From Acidimicrobiales bacterium (GTDB lineage: Bacteria; Actinomycetota; Acidimicrobiia; Acidimicrobiales; Aldehydirespiratoraceae): a stretch of DNA of 64,000 nt. Under the pieces are notes generated by a model. It ran no database searches. It saw only the letters and a program-made list of their open reading frames with translations, and was not told the origin of the DNA. Made by a program: the position numbers and the translations under genes. Location of the stretch: assembly GCA_963422655.1 (NCBI GenBank), contig OY730440.1, positions 2,233,442 through 2,297,441 on the forward strand. The letters are read 5' to 3'. This document shows, one piece after another, positions 38,600-47,788 of this stretch (positions are counted from its first letter, which is position 1; each line of letters begins with the position of its first letter).

Positions 38600-40786
38600 G
38601 TGCCAACGGAAACCACCATTGACCCACAGTTCCTTTCATCGATATTGGCATTGGACCCCAGTGACGCTCAGCGGGTCTTGAAAGCGGTGGAACAGTACAC
38701 AACGGACCCGGCCACCCCGTCGTTGAATCTGGAGCGACTGGGTGGGCGGGCGGGCAACAACCGACTGTGGTCCATCCGGGCGTCGCTGGAGTTGCGGGTG
38801 CTCCTGGCTCGCCAAGGCCCGGTGTCGGTGCTGCTCCGAGCCGGCCATCACGACGCCATCTACGAGTTGGCGGACCGGACCGCCTTCGTTACTCCGGTTT
38901 CCGGTAGGCCGGGTCTGATCGGCTTACGACGCGAAGCTATGGACCTGAGCGGGCCCATGGCGGTGAGTGTGTCGCCCGCGGCTGCGGTCCCAGCCGACGA
39001 TCGTGCCCCGTCGATCCTGGAGCATTGGTCTACCGGCGAGCTGGCCGAGGCCGGTTTCGACAACGCCGACATCGACATCCTCCGAGAGGTTACGATCGAT
39101 ACCCTGCTCGACCGGTGGACCGACATCGACGAGGAGACCTTTTCGAAGGTGGTCGAGCTCAGCGAGCTCTCCCCCGAGGAGTGGCGGCAACGCCAGCTCG
39201 TGGAGGACGAGGGCGCAGCCGACGAGCGTTTCCGCCGAGCCATCGTCGAGCGAGGGGCCCTGGCCGGCTTGTCGTCGGTGCTGACACCTGACGAGGTTCG
39301 TCGCCTTGCGGCCGCGCCCATCGAAGACTGGATGATCTTCCTTCACCCCGATCAGCGGGCGTTGGTCGATCGTCGTTTCAACGGACCGGCCCGGGTCCGA
39401 GGTCCGGCCGGTACGGGCAAGACGGTGGTGGCGCTGCACCGGGCTGCGGTGCTGACCAAGCGCTTTGCCACCGAAGGCGCCGGCTCCCCGAGCCCCATTC
39501 TGTTCACGACTTTCGTCAAGACCCTTATACCTGTGTTCGAGAACCTCTACCGGAGGCTTCCGGCCGCAGAGGAGGGAGCGGTTGAGTTCGTCAATGTCGA
39601 CAAGCTCGCTTATCGCATTTGCAGGGAGCTCGACCAGCAGCCGGTTCTCGACTTCAGGAAGGTCGACTCGACGTTTGCCAAGGCCCACAAAGCGGTAGTC
39701 GGAGTTGGTACACCTCTGCACCGGGCGCAATTGACTCGTAGTTACCTTCGAGACGAGATAACGGCGGTGATGAAGGGTCGCGGCATCGACTCTCTCGATG
39801 AGTATCTGGACATGGAGCGAACCGGGCGTCGGACCCCGTTCTCGGCTGCCATGCGGGAGCAGGCTTGGGAGTTGCGAGAGGAGTGGGACCGCCGTCTCGC
39901 CGAAGCCGGGGTCGTCGACTTTCCCGATGTCATCCGGCAGGCCCGGGATCTGGCCCGGAGCCAGCCGGCGCCCATGTATTCGGCCGCCATCGTCGACGAG
40001 TCCCAGGATTTCACCTCGGTGGGCTTGCAACTGGTTCAAGCTTTGGTGAACGGCCCGACCGGCACCGATCGACCCGACGGGCTGTTCATCGTCGGTGACG
40101 GGGCCCAGAAAATCTACCCGGGCGGTTTCACCCTGGCCCAGGCCGGTGTGGACGTGCGGGGCAACAGCTCGGTGCTGCGGGTGAACTACCGGAACACGCA
40201 CCAGATCATCGACGCCGCCTTGGCCTGCACCGGCCGCGAGGCCGTCGACGACCTCGGTGACGAATATGCCCGTGGTGATGCCGAGGTGGAATCCCGACGA
40301 GAGGGGGCGAAGCCTTTCTTGGTCCAAGTGGACGACTTCGATGAACAGCTGGCTTTCGTTGCTCACCAAGTCGAGCAACTGTGCGGGGACCGAGCTCTGA
40401 GCCCGGGTGATGTCGCGGTCTTCGTATCCACCAACAAGCTGGTCAAACAGGCTGTGGCTGGTTTGGAAGCGGACGGGCTCCGTTGTCAGGAATTGACCGA
40501 CTTCAGGGGACTCACCAAACCGCTGGTGAAGGTCGGTACCTTCCATCGGGCCAAGGGCCTGGAGTTCAAAGTGGTCTTCGTGCTGGACCTGTCGGCGGAC
40601 TCCTTCCCGTCACCGAGATTTACGGGTCAGTCCGAAGCCGAGTACGCCGATAGCAGGCAGCTTCAGATCAGCTCGTTGTTCGTGGCCATGACCCGGGCTC
40701 GGGACGGCCTTTTCGTTCTCTGCACCGGCGAACCCAGTGACATCGTCTACGGGGCGCTGGATTCCTTCGAGATCGTAGAGGGGTGA
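38600..40786 (+). CDS. UvrD/Rep-type superfamily-1 helicase with RelE/ParE-like N-terminal region
   Basis: GTG start. Helicase motifs are Walker A GPAGTGKTVVALHRA, Walker B AAIVDESQDF and UvrD_C-like GTFHRAKGLEFKVVFVLD...LFVAMTRARD. The N-terminal NRLWSIRASLELRVLLARQGPVSVLLRAGHHDAIYE resembles a RelE-fold core. Confidence 0.85.
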   Translation: MPTETTIDPQFLSSILALDPSDAQRVLKAVEQYTTDPATPSLNLERLGGRAGNNRLWSIRASLELRVLLARQGPVSVLLRAGHHDAIYELADRTAFVTPVSGRPGLIGLRREAMDLSGPMAVSVSPAAAVPADDRAPSILEHWSTGELAEAGFDNADIDILREVTIDTLLDRWTDIDEETFSKVVELSELSPEEWRQRQLVEDEGAADERFRRAIVERGALAGLSSVLTPDEVRRLAAAPIEDWMIFLHPDQRALVDRRFNGPARVRGPAGTGKTVVALHRAAVLTKRFATEGAGSPSPILFTTFVKTLIPVFENLYRRLPAAEEGAVEFVNVDKLAYRICRELDQQPVLDFRKVDSTFAKAHKAVVGVGTPLHRAQLTRSYLRDEITAVMKGRGIDSLDEYLDMERTGRRTPFSAAMREQAWELREEWDRRLAEAGVVDFPDVIRQARDLARSQPAPMYSAAIVDESQDFTSVGLQLVQALVNGPTGTDRPDGLFIVGDGAQKIYPGGFTLAQAGVDVRGNSSVLRVNYRNTHQIIDAALACTGREAVDDLGDEYARGDAEVESRREGAKPFLVQVDDFDEQLAFVAHQVEQLCGDRALSPGDVAVFVSTNKLVKQAVAGLEADGLRCQELTDFRGLTKPLVKVGTFHRAKGLEFKVVFVLDLSADSFPSPRFTGQSEAEYADSRQLQISSLFVAMTRARDGLFVLCTGEPSDIVYGALDSFEIVEG

Positions 40787-40822
40787 TGCCGTCCGTTTCG
40801 TCGAGCCGATCCTCTCGATGTC

Positions 40823-41572
40823 CTAGGCGCCGGCTCGTGCAACCGGCATCTCGTCGTGTAGCGCGCCGTCGAGTGAGCGTCCCCCGGCTTTGGGTGTACG
40901 TCCGCCCCATTGCTTGAAGAAGAACGCTACCCCGGCTGCACCGCACTGATCCCGCAGGTCCCGGACCCACGCCTGCTCCATTGGGCGAGCCCCCGGACCG
41001 CTCTCGCCTCCCGCGATCAGCCAATCGATCGATGAGAGATCGAGGTCGGGGAGTGGACCGAGCAGAGGTTCGGCGCTGACGAACCGCACGGCTGCATCGA
41101 CGGAACGCAAGTGATCGATGCGAAACCCGTAGGGGCTGCTCTCGATGCTGACACCCATCCAGACGTTTGACGGCCAGACGAGCTGGTCAGCGACCAAGGC
41201 CAGGCGCCGGCTTCGCTTGGTGAGGATCTGGTAGGTGTGGTGGGCAGTATCAGCCATGACGGCGAACACTTTGCGGATGAAATCCAGTGGCACGCCGGGG
41301 TGAAAGAGGTCGCTCATCGAGTTGACGAAGATGACCCGGCCGGTTCGCCAGCGATGGGGGATCTCCAGAGCGTCGTGGTGGACTTGCAACCCGAACCCGG
41401 GGCCACTGGTGCGTGGATGACCATCGAGTTGATATCTCTGCGATCCCATCGCTTTGAGTCGTTTGGCCAGTGTCAGCGCGTAGCAGTTGTCGCAACCCGG
41501 TGACGTGCGATCGCAACCTGTCGTGGGGTTCCAAGTCGCCTCGGTCCACTCGATGGTGCTTCGACCGGCCAT
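40823..41572 (-). CDS. DUF5131 / phage Gp37-Gp68 family protein (three-Cys motif)
   Basis: MAGRSTIEWTEATWNPTTGCDRTSPGCDNCYAL... is the hallmark N-terminus. It is convergent with the helicase, with a 36-nt gap between the stops. Confidence 0.85.
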   Translation of the reverse strand: MAGRSTIEWTEATWNPTTGCDRTSPGCDNCYALTLAKRLKAMGSQRYQLDGHPRTSGPGFGLQVHHDALEIPHRWRTGRVIFVNSMSDLFHPGVPLDFIRKVFAVMADTAHHTYQILTKRSRRLALVADQLVWPSNVWMGVSIESSPYGFRIDHLRSVDAAVRFVSAEPLLGPLPDLDLSSIDWLIAGGESGPGARPMEQAWVRDLRDQCGAAGVAFFFKQWGGRTPKAGGRSLDGALHDEMPVARAGA

Positions 41573-41760
41573 GGGCCGATTTTATGGCCGAGGTAGGACA
41601 GCGAGGGTCGCTGCGAACGCGCCACCTTTCGCCCAACGCATGCCTCGCAGGGGTGAGATGCCGACGTCGGGTTTGGTAACTGGCAGTTTGCTCGACATCC
41701 GGTACGTTTCCTGTTGGACAAGGTGTATCCGGCAAGCGAGCAGCGAAAGGGGATGACGCC

Positions 41761-41970
41761 ATGGGCCTGCTGATTCTGGCTGGCGACGCCAGGCGAAGCG
41801 TCATGCTGTGGGTTTTTTTGGTCGCAGTGATGGCGCTCACGCTCTGGGAGTGCCGCGAACGCGGTTACCGGGCCAAGATCACACTGTGGTGGATGACTTT
41901 CGTGGCCATCACCCATGTGGTCGGCTACGTCATCCTTCGCTTCTTCGTGCGCCCGCCGCACCGGGCCTGA
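41761..41970 (+). CDS. Small two-helix membrane protein (hypothetical)
   Basis: 69 aa with two hydrophobic spans, VMLWVFLVAVMALTLW and LWWMTFVAITHVVGYVIL. No recognised family. Confidence 0.35.
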   Translation: MGLLILAGDARRSVMLWVFLVAVMALTLWECRERGYRAKITLWWMTFVAITHVVGYVILRFFVRPPHRA

Positions 41971-42015
41971 CGGTGGCTACCCCACGGCGAACACGCGAAC
42001 ACACGAACACAGGAC

Positions 42016-42390
42016 GTGACGATGCCTGAAACCGAGTCTCGAAACCTGTACGACCGGCTCAGAACCATGCCGGGGCGAACGAAGTTGTTCCTGGCCACCG
42101 GAGTGGTGCTGCTGGTCTTGGTGTTCGTCTTCAAGGGCTGCTCCGGTGTGGAGATCGAAGAAGAAGAGGCTGTGGCCGCGGCCCGGGCCGAGATCGACTT
42201 CGAGCCCGAACGGACCGAGGCCCGGGTGCTGCGCCAAGGGATCGGGGCCCAGCCGGTCTGGATGGTGGTTTTCACTGTCAGGGACCCCGAAGGTGGGCGC
42301 GAAGACTTCCTGCACCATGCCGCAGTCGAGGTGGACGTCCGCACCGGCGAAGTGCTCGAGGTGAACGTCATCAAATCCGACCGCGGCTAG
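42016..42390 (+). CDS. Membrane-anchored PepSY-like domain protein (hypothetical)
   Basis: N-terminal anchor LFLATGVVLLVLVFVF. The PepSY-like part is AARAEIDFEP...VWMVVFTV...AAVEVDVRTGEVLEVNV. The start is GTG 42016 or ATG 42022. Confidence 0.5.
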   Translation: MTMPETESRNLYDRLRTMPGRTKLFLATGVVLLVLVFVFKGCSGVEIEEEEAVAAARAEIDFEPERTEARVLRQGIGAQPVWMVVFTVRDPEGGREDFLHHAAVEVDVRTGEVLEVNVIKSDRG

Positions 42391-42452
42391 CCGTACTGGG
42401 CAGTCGCGGGGAGGCTCATGACGACTCGCAGGCGCACCGATGGGGGGACAAC

Positions 42453-42791
42453 CTACGAGCTCGGGCAGTCGGGCACCGTCGCGGCCCAGGCCGGGTCCAG
42501 CATGTTCAAGGCCACCAGCGCCTCGCCCGTGGCTGGGGTCAGACCCCGCAAGAGTTTGGGGGTCCACTCGGCGGTAGCGGTCACCCGCAGCACCGTGTCC
42601 GACAGACAGATCTCGGCCCCTGGCGGTAGGGCGCAGTCGGTGACGCAACTCTCGACGAGATGGTGACTGGCCCGTTCGGCCCGGTCTGTGGCCAAGTCGG
42701 AGTACGAGACCCACTGGGTGTGATCGAACAACGCTGCCGTCAACAGCGCAGCGGCACCGATGGCGCCCAGTGCCAGCAGGGCAGTGCTCAC
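42453..42791 (-). CDS. TadE-like / pilus-associated small membrane-anchored protein 3
   Basis: GTG at 42791 forms a GTGA overlap with the upstream stop. The N-terminus VSTALLALGAIGAAALLTAALF is followed by a Cys-containing globular part. Confidence 0.5.
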   Translation of the reverse strand: MSTALLALGAIGAAALLTAALFDHTQWVSYSDLATDRAERASHHLVESCVTDCALPPGAEICLSDTVLRVTATAEWTPKLLRGLTPATGEALVALNMLDPAWAATVPDCPSS

Positions 42792-43192
42792 GGTACCGGT
42801 CCCTCGGCTGCGGTGACGGTGACCGAATCGGCAAAGAACCCGGCGGTGCGGACCGGGCAGGTGACGGTGACCACGACACCGGCGAGCTCGTCGGTGCCGT
42901 GGTCGGTCACCACGGCCAGATCCATGTCCCAGGCCGGGTCGCTGTGTACACAAGCTCCGATGGTGGTTGCTACCGCTGCTCTGGAGGCGATGCCGTCCAA
43001 GGCGGGGAGGTCATTCATCAGGCCGGGGTCAGCGGTGACGGCGTCTATCACACTGGTGGCGGCTCGTTCTGCCCCGACCCGGGCCCGGCCCGCCCCCAGA
43101 CCGACCGTGCCGGCGAAGTCGACCATCCACACCGCAACCGTCATCACCAGAAGCGTCATCAGCGCGGCTACGGCCTCACTCATGGCCGGCAT
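42788..43192 (-). CDS. TadE-like protein 2 (Rv3654c-like pattern)
   Basis: 134 aa with the N-terminal helix AVAALMTLLVMTVAVWMVDFAG. It overlaps the upstream gene by 13 nt. Confidence 0.55.
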   Translation of the reverse strand: MPAMSEAVAALMTLLVMTVAVWMVDFAGTVGLGAGRARVGAERAATSVIDAVTADPGLMNDLPALDGIASRAAVATTIGACVHSDPAWDMDLAVVTDHGTDELAGVVVTVTCPVRTAGFFADSVTVTAAEGPVP

Positions 43193-43599
43193 CCGCCGGT
43201 CACGTCCCAGCCCAGCGCCGCGGTGGCGGTCACCGGGGCACAGGTCACCGCGGTCACGTCCAACGCCGACCAGGACCCGGCGGCTGAAGTGGTGACCGAT
43301 GTCGCCAGCAGGCAGTCCCGGTCGGCGTTGAGAGTCATCGCCACTGGTGACACCGACGCCAACCGGTCGGTGCGGGCTACCACCGACCGAGCGGCTGCGG
43401 CGGAGGCTCGAGCGAAGTCGGGGCCGGTCTCGGTGCAGTCCCAGTCATGGGGTAGGACCGTCGAGGCGGCTTCGGTGCCGGCGGCAGCGGCAGCCAGCGC
43501 GCCGGCAGCCGCCAGATGACGTAGGTACAGCCCGAACACCGTGCTCAGCGCCACCACCCAGAACCCGATGTAGCGGATGACGGCAATCGACGATCCCAC
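43180..43599 (-). CDS. TadE-like protein 1
   Basis: 139 aa with the N-terminal helix IRYIGFWVVALSTVFGLYL. Confidence 0.5.
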   Translation of the reverse strand: MGSSIAVIRYIGFWVVALSTVFGLYLRHLAAAGALAAAAAGTEAASTVLPHDWDCTETGPDFARASAAAARSVVARTDRLASVSPVAMTLNADRDCLLATSVTTSAAGSWSALDVTAVTCAPVTATAALGWDVTGGCRP

Positions 43600-43628
43600 T
43601 GCGACAACCTCCGGTTATCCGACCTGCT

Positions 43629-43838
43629 CTAGGCTTTGCACCTCTTGGAGCTACTGGTCCAGGTTCCGCCCGCGGCATCACACAAGACCTCGGTCTTGAT
43701 CCGCGAGTAGTAGTCGTCGCCGGGGTCTCCGATCGGCGGGGCGTTGTCGGTGAACAGGGTGAAGGCCAAGGCTCCCACCGCCACTGCTAGCGCTACCGCT
43801 ACGCCGATCTTGATGATCAAAGCTACAGCTTCTGACAT
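43629..43838 (-). CDS. Small membrane-anchored protein, pilin candidate (no Flp G/XXXXEY motif)
   Basis: 69 aa with MSEAVALIIKIGVAVALAVAVGALAFTLF followed by a short Cys-pair tail. It occupies the position of the Flp gene in Tad operons. Confidence 0.4.
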   Translation of the reverse strand: MSEAVALIIKIGVAVALAVAVGALAFTLFTDNAPPIGDPGDDYYSRIKTEVLCDAAGGTWTSSSKRCKA

Positions 43839-43944
43839 GTTCCGTCCTTTGTCGGGGCACTGAGTCCCCGGTTGTGTTGTGCATTCGGTTCCAGCCGGTT
43901 CGGTCCTGGAACCTGCGTTGGGAGGACTCTTTTCGGTGATGAGG

Positions 43945-44667
43945 TCACAAACCGGTGGGCAGCGATGACGACACAGCCGCCATCACCAGCACTACGGTCA
44001 TGATCACCACCACCGTGGCCGAGGTGACCACCGACCGGCCCAGCCGGTCGATTCGGAGTCGCCGAGCATCCTCGAGGGCGGCGACGGCCCGGCCCACCAG
44101 CCCGTCGATCAAGTCGACGGCGGCGGCTCCGGTGCGATCAGCGGCGACAACAGTGGCGACCAGGGTCTCGGCCGGGGTGCCGGCCAGGTGGTCGGCTGCA
44201 GCCGCCAGGGGGTCTCTACCATCGGCCAGCGCGTGGTTGACGGCCGTGGCGGTGGGGGCGAACCCCGGGTCGGCGACCCGGGCCGCGGCCCATACTGCCG
44301 CCTCGGAGAGCGGGCTACCCGACGCCGCGTAGAGGCGGATGCGGCGCAGCCACGCCACCATGGCGGTATCGCGGCGGGTCCGGTAGATGCCCAGCAGTGC
44401 AGCCCGCAGCAGCCGCGGCATCACCTGTGGCAACCATGTCGCCGTCACTGTTGCTGCCGCTACCCCTGTGCGGGCATCCACGATCATCGACGTCATCACC
44501 AGCACCGACAGGGCCGTCATCGTGGTGGCTGTCCATGTCGCCGCCGTAACTGCAGTGGGCGACCACCCGATCGCGGTCAGTTCCCTGGCCGTTGCCGGTG
44601 GACGGGAGGCAGAAAACAGCAGCGACACCGAAGCCGCCACCGCGGAGATCACCAGCAGCACCGTCAT
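43945..44667 (-). CDS. TadC-like (T2SS F-domain) membrane protein
   Basis: Only the last 240 codons of ORF 43945..45363 are accepted, from MTVLLVISAVAASVSLLF... The start forms an ATGA overlap with the upstream gene. Confidence 0.6.
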   Translation of the reverse strand: MTVLLVISAVAASVSLLFSASRPPATARELTAIGWSPTAVTAATWTATTMTALSVLVMTSMIVDARTGVAAATVTATWLPQVMPRLLRAALLGIYRTRRDTAMVAWLRRIRLYAASGSPLSEAAVWAAARVADPGFAPTATAVNHALADGRDPLAAAADHLAGTPAETLVATVVAADRTGAAAVDLIDGLVGRAVAALEDARRLRIDRLGRSVVTSATVVVIMTVVLVMAAVSSSLPTGL

Positions 44668-45479
44668 CTGGACCTCGCGAAGTTCCGGGCCGGTAGCAGG
44701 GCTCCCGCGCACCATCCCGCGGCCAGCCCCGATGTGACCACCAGCACCGCGGCCCCGGTTCCGTCGAGGAGCCAACGCCCGGCATCGGCGCTGGCCCAGC
44801 CCACTCCCGCAACGATCACAGCCGCCAACATGACCACGACCACCAGCGACGGCATCAGTGCCGCCACCTGCGAATGGAACCGTCGGGCAGTAACGGCAGC
44901 TTCGTTGACCTCGGCTTCGAGGGCTTTCATCGGGCCGGCCCAACCCGATCCGCTGTCGTCGGCCACTGTGATGATGTCGGCCAGCCAGGACGCCGGGGCG
45001 GCGTCTACCCGTTGCGCGAACCGGCGAGCGGCCTCTTCCAGGCCGATCTCCTCGGCGTCGTTGACCAGCAACGTTGCCGCCGTTCCCACCGGTCCCGACA
45101 CCGGCACCGCGGCTTGAGCCAGCGCGTCGATGACCGTGTCGGCGGCGCTGACCTGGTTGGCCAACGCTCCCGTGAACCGGGCCATTGCCTCGGTGTTGGC
45201 CATCTGCCCGCGGCTGGCCACCAGCACCTGCACCGCGGTCGCACAAACGGCCATCGGTGCGACCACCGCTATTCCTAACACCACCCGGCCCGACCACATC
45301 GCCACCACCAAGCCCGTGCCGGCCGCCGCAACCCCGGCGACAGGCATCCTCGGGCTCCACCATTTACCAGCGTCGGCGGTGACCGGGACCCGCAGTGGTC
45401 TCAGCCCCGCCGACGGCCACAACATGATCACTAACGCCCCGGCTCCACCGGCCGCCATCAGCCAGCCCGCCGAGTTCAC
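44664..45479 (-). CDS. TadB-like (T2SS F-domain) membrane protein
   Basis: 271-aa polytopic ORF with a 4-nt overlap onto the ATPase gene stop. Confidence 0.6.
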   Translation of the reverse strand: MNSAGWLMAAGGAGALVIMLWPSAGLRPLRVPVTADAGKWWSPRMPVAGVAAAGTGLVVAMWSGRVVLGIAVVAPMAVCATAVQVLVASRGQMANTEAMARFTGALANQVSAADTVIDALAQAAVPVSGPVGTAATLLVNDAEEIGLEEAARRFAQRVDAAPASWLADIITVADDSGSGWAGPMKALEAEVNEAAVTARRFHSQVAALMPSLVVVVMLAAVIVAGVGWASADAGRWLLDGTGAAVLVVTSGLAAGWCAGALLPARNFARSR

Positions 45480-47134
45480 CGGGCCACCATGTCGCGGCCT
45501 GACTCGTCGTCACCGAGGGTGTCGGGATCTTCGAAGTCGTCCACGATCCGCAACTCCGTCGGCGGTAACAGCTCGGGCTCTTGCGTCTCTACCGGGCCGT
45601 GGATACCGGCAGAGCGGTACATGTTCGCCACGTACCCCGTCGGCGGCGACACCGGTGACGCCCAGCAGTCGCCGGGCCGCAACGCCCACAGGCACCGGGT
45701 CTGTATCGCCCCGGTGCTCTCGTCGATCCCCTCCAATTGGGAAACGTCGGCTATAACCCGCTTCCCTTCGTCGTTGCGGCCCAGCCACACCAGCAGATGC
45801 ACAGCCCCAGCGATCTGGCGACGGGCTTCGAGCGGTTCGGCCCCTTCCGAACGGGCATATTCGACCAGTTTCTCCAACACACCTCGGCCGGGCTGGCTGT
45901 GCAACGTCACCAGACAACCCGACAACCCCAGCGACATTGCGTCGAGCAACGCGCCGGTGCCCTCGCCGCGGATCTCTCCCACCACCAATTTGGAGGTGTT
46001 GCAGCGTTTGGCGTCCCGGACATGGTCCGACATCGTGAGCTGGCCCCGGCCCTCGGCATTGGGGTCGGTAGTCAATCGTTCACAGGTCAACTTGTGGAAC
46101 CCTTTCGCGGCCAAGCGCAGCTCAGGGGTGTCCTCGATGGTGTCGATGCGCTCGTGAGCGTCGACGGTGGCCAGCATCCGCTGAGCCAGCGTGGTCTTTC
46201 CGCCCGACATCGGGGCTGCCAGCACGCAGTTGGCCCGAACCTGGCCCGACATCGCCTCTATCAGCAGGGCGCACAGGTCCTCGTCGGCCACTCCCAAGTC
46301 GCCCAAGCTGGGGGCCTCGGCCAGGTTCGACCGCAGCACCATGATCGCCGGGTTCGCCACCCAGGCCTCCGCGTGCACCCGCCAATCCCCAACCATGACG
46401 TCGAGCCGCGGCGAGAGCCGGTCGAACCGCTGGGACCGCTCCGCTGCGTAAGAGGCCATGAACCTTGCCGCCGCGATCAGTTCCTCCTCGGAACCGAACG
46501 GCGAAGCGCGCCTGGTCACCGTCCCATCCTCATGGGACACCTGCATGAGCTCCCCGCCCCAGATCTGGAACTCCTCGACTCCGGTCTCACCCATCAACTC
46601 TCGGACCACCCGAGCGGCCGCCTCCTTTGCCGTACCCCGGCGCACCTCACCATCGGCTGCATCGAACCGGTGCGAAGCCGCCGCTGCGTCCCCCAACCGA
46701 CGGCCCAGCCACCGCAATTTCCGCCGAGCCCCGCCGGTAGGCGCCGCTGCCACCGACTTCACCACCTGCATCCCGGCCCGAGCCCGTACCGCTTCGGTAT
46801 CGATCCTGTCGTAAGACACGAGCACCATGGCCACCGGCACCTTCCAACCCGCACCCGAATCCAGCCCCAACCGGCCTCTCATGCCCTCAGCCACACTCGC
46901 CGTAACCCAAACCACTGCCGTCGCTGCCGCCGCCCCCGCACGCAGCCCTTCGTCGCCCGCGTCCTCGTCGAGTACCAGCACGGTGCCCGGTGCCGCCGAG
47001 ATCAGCGCCTCGTCGTCCAACGACGTCGCTACTGCCACCCCTCCACATCGGGCGCCCACCCCGCCGACCAGAGCGTCGGTCACCCACCTTGCCATCTCGG
47101 TTCCCAAACACCGATCCAATGCCACCAACAACAT
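45476..47134 (-). CDS. CpaF/TadA-type secretion ATPase with about 170-aa receiver-like N-terminal extension
   Basis: Motifs are Walker A PMSGGKTTLAQRM, Asp box TIEDTPEL, Walker B LVVGEIRGEG and His box VTLHSQ. The N-terminus VLVLDEDAGDEGL...VVWVT resembles the N-domain of actinobacterial CpaE/SsD-like proteins. Confidence 0.85.
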   Translation of the reverse strand: MLLVALDRCLGTEMARWVTDALVGGVGARCGGVAVATSLDDEALISAAPGTVLVLDEDAGDEGLRAGAAAATAVVWVTASVAEGMRGRLGLDSGAGWKVPVAMVLVSYDRIDTEAVRARAGMQVVKSVAAAPTGGARRKLRWLGRRLGDAAAASHRFDAADGEVRRGTAKEAAARVVRELMGETGVEEFQIWGGELMQVSHEDGTVTRRASPFGSEEELIAAARFMASYAAERSQRFDRLSPRLDVMVGDWRVHAEAWVANPAIMVLRSNLAEAPSLGDLGVADEDLCALLIEAMSGQVRANCVLAAPMSGGKTTLAQRMLATVDAHERIDTIEDTPELRLAAKGFHKLTCERLTTDPNAEGRGQLTMSDHVRDAKRCNTSKLVVGEIRGEGTGALLDAMSLGLSGCLVTLHSQPGRGVLEKLVEYARSEGAEPLEARRQIAGAVHLLVWLGRNDEGKRVIADVSQLEGIDESTGAIQTRCLWALRPGDCWASPVSPPTGYVANMYRSAGIHGPVETQEPELLPPTELRIVDDFEDPDTLGDDESGRDMVAR

Positions 47135-47788
47135 TTAGTGATCCTCCTGCTTCATACCGGCATCCTCCGGACATGCGGGCCAGCCCGAGCCTGGGGCCCG
47201 CCACACGGACAGTGACTCCACCCCGAGCCTCACGGCTGTGCCGGGCTCGATCTCCACCACCACCTCGGTATCGGTGTCGTCGGTTTGGACGGCGTCGATC
47301 ACTTCCAGAACCGCCAGCGCGCAGCCGCCCCGCTGCGCCGACAGCACCGCCATGTCCCCCGGCCTCGGCCCCGGCTCGGACCACCAGCTTGCATCGACCT
47401 CCAGGCGGATTCTCGTCGTGGCCGGATCCGACACGACCGGCCTCGGCCTCAACAACCCTGCGGGCACCAAGGTCTCCTCCGGCACGTCCGACACCGGCAC
47501 CCGGCCCTCCAGATCGGCCGGCGCCACGAACCACGGCGCCAGCGACGCCGGGACCTCTACTACTACGAACTCCCCCGGGTTCTGTCCTGTCGGCCACCGC
47601 TCTGTCGTTGCGGCCACCCCCACCATTGGTGGCTCGGATTCGGGCCGACCCCAGAACCACACCGCGGTAACCGTGGTCAGCATCACCAGCCCGACCGCTA
47701 CGAACTGCTTTCTGGCCACGTCCATCGGTCCATCGCCGAGCTTGAGCCTGGACCACGGCGCCATCGCCGAACCGGGTCTAACGGCCAT
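47135..47788 (-). CDS. CpaB-like (SAF-domain) pilus assembly protein
   Basis: 217 aa with the anchor FVAVGLVMLTTVTAVWFW followed by a beta-rich domain. Its stop TAA abuts the ATPase ATG. Confidence 0.6.
   Translation of the reverse strand: MAVRPGSAMAPWSRLKLGDGPMDVARKQFVAVGLVMLTTVTAVWFWGRPESEPPMVGVAATTERWPTGQNPGEFVVVEVPASLAPWFVAPADLEGRVPVSDVPEETLVPAGLLRPRPVVSDPATTRIRLEVDASWWSEPGPRPGDMAVLSAQRGGCALAVLEVIDAVQTDDTDTEVVVEIEPGTAVRLGVESLSVWRAPGSGWPACPEDAGMKQEDH

Noticed and set aside
41250-41961. Minus-strand ORFs 41250..41840 and 41473..41961 as the TcmP partner of the DUF5131 protein
   Set aside because: They overlap the DUF5131 gene or each other in alternative frames. They are Arg/Pro/His-rich and show no methyltransferase-like motif.
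44668-45363. N-terminal ~232 codons of ORF 43945..45363
   Set aside because: This part overlaps the TadB-like gene in another frame and is RG-rich. Only the last 240 codons, from MTVLLVIS and ATGA-coupled, were accepted as the TadC-like gene.
45737-47215. 492-aa plus-strand ORF antisense to the CpaF-like ATPase
   Set aside because: It is antisense to a CDS with all the secretion-ATPase motifs and has a low-complexity translation.
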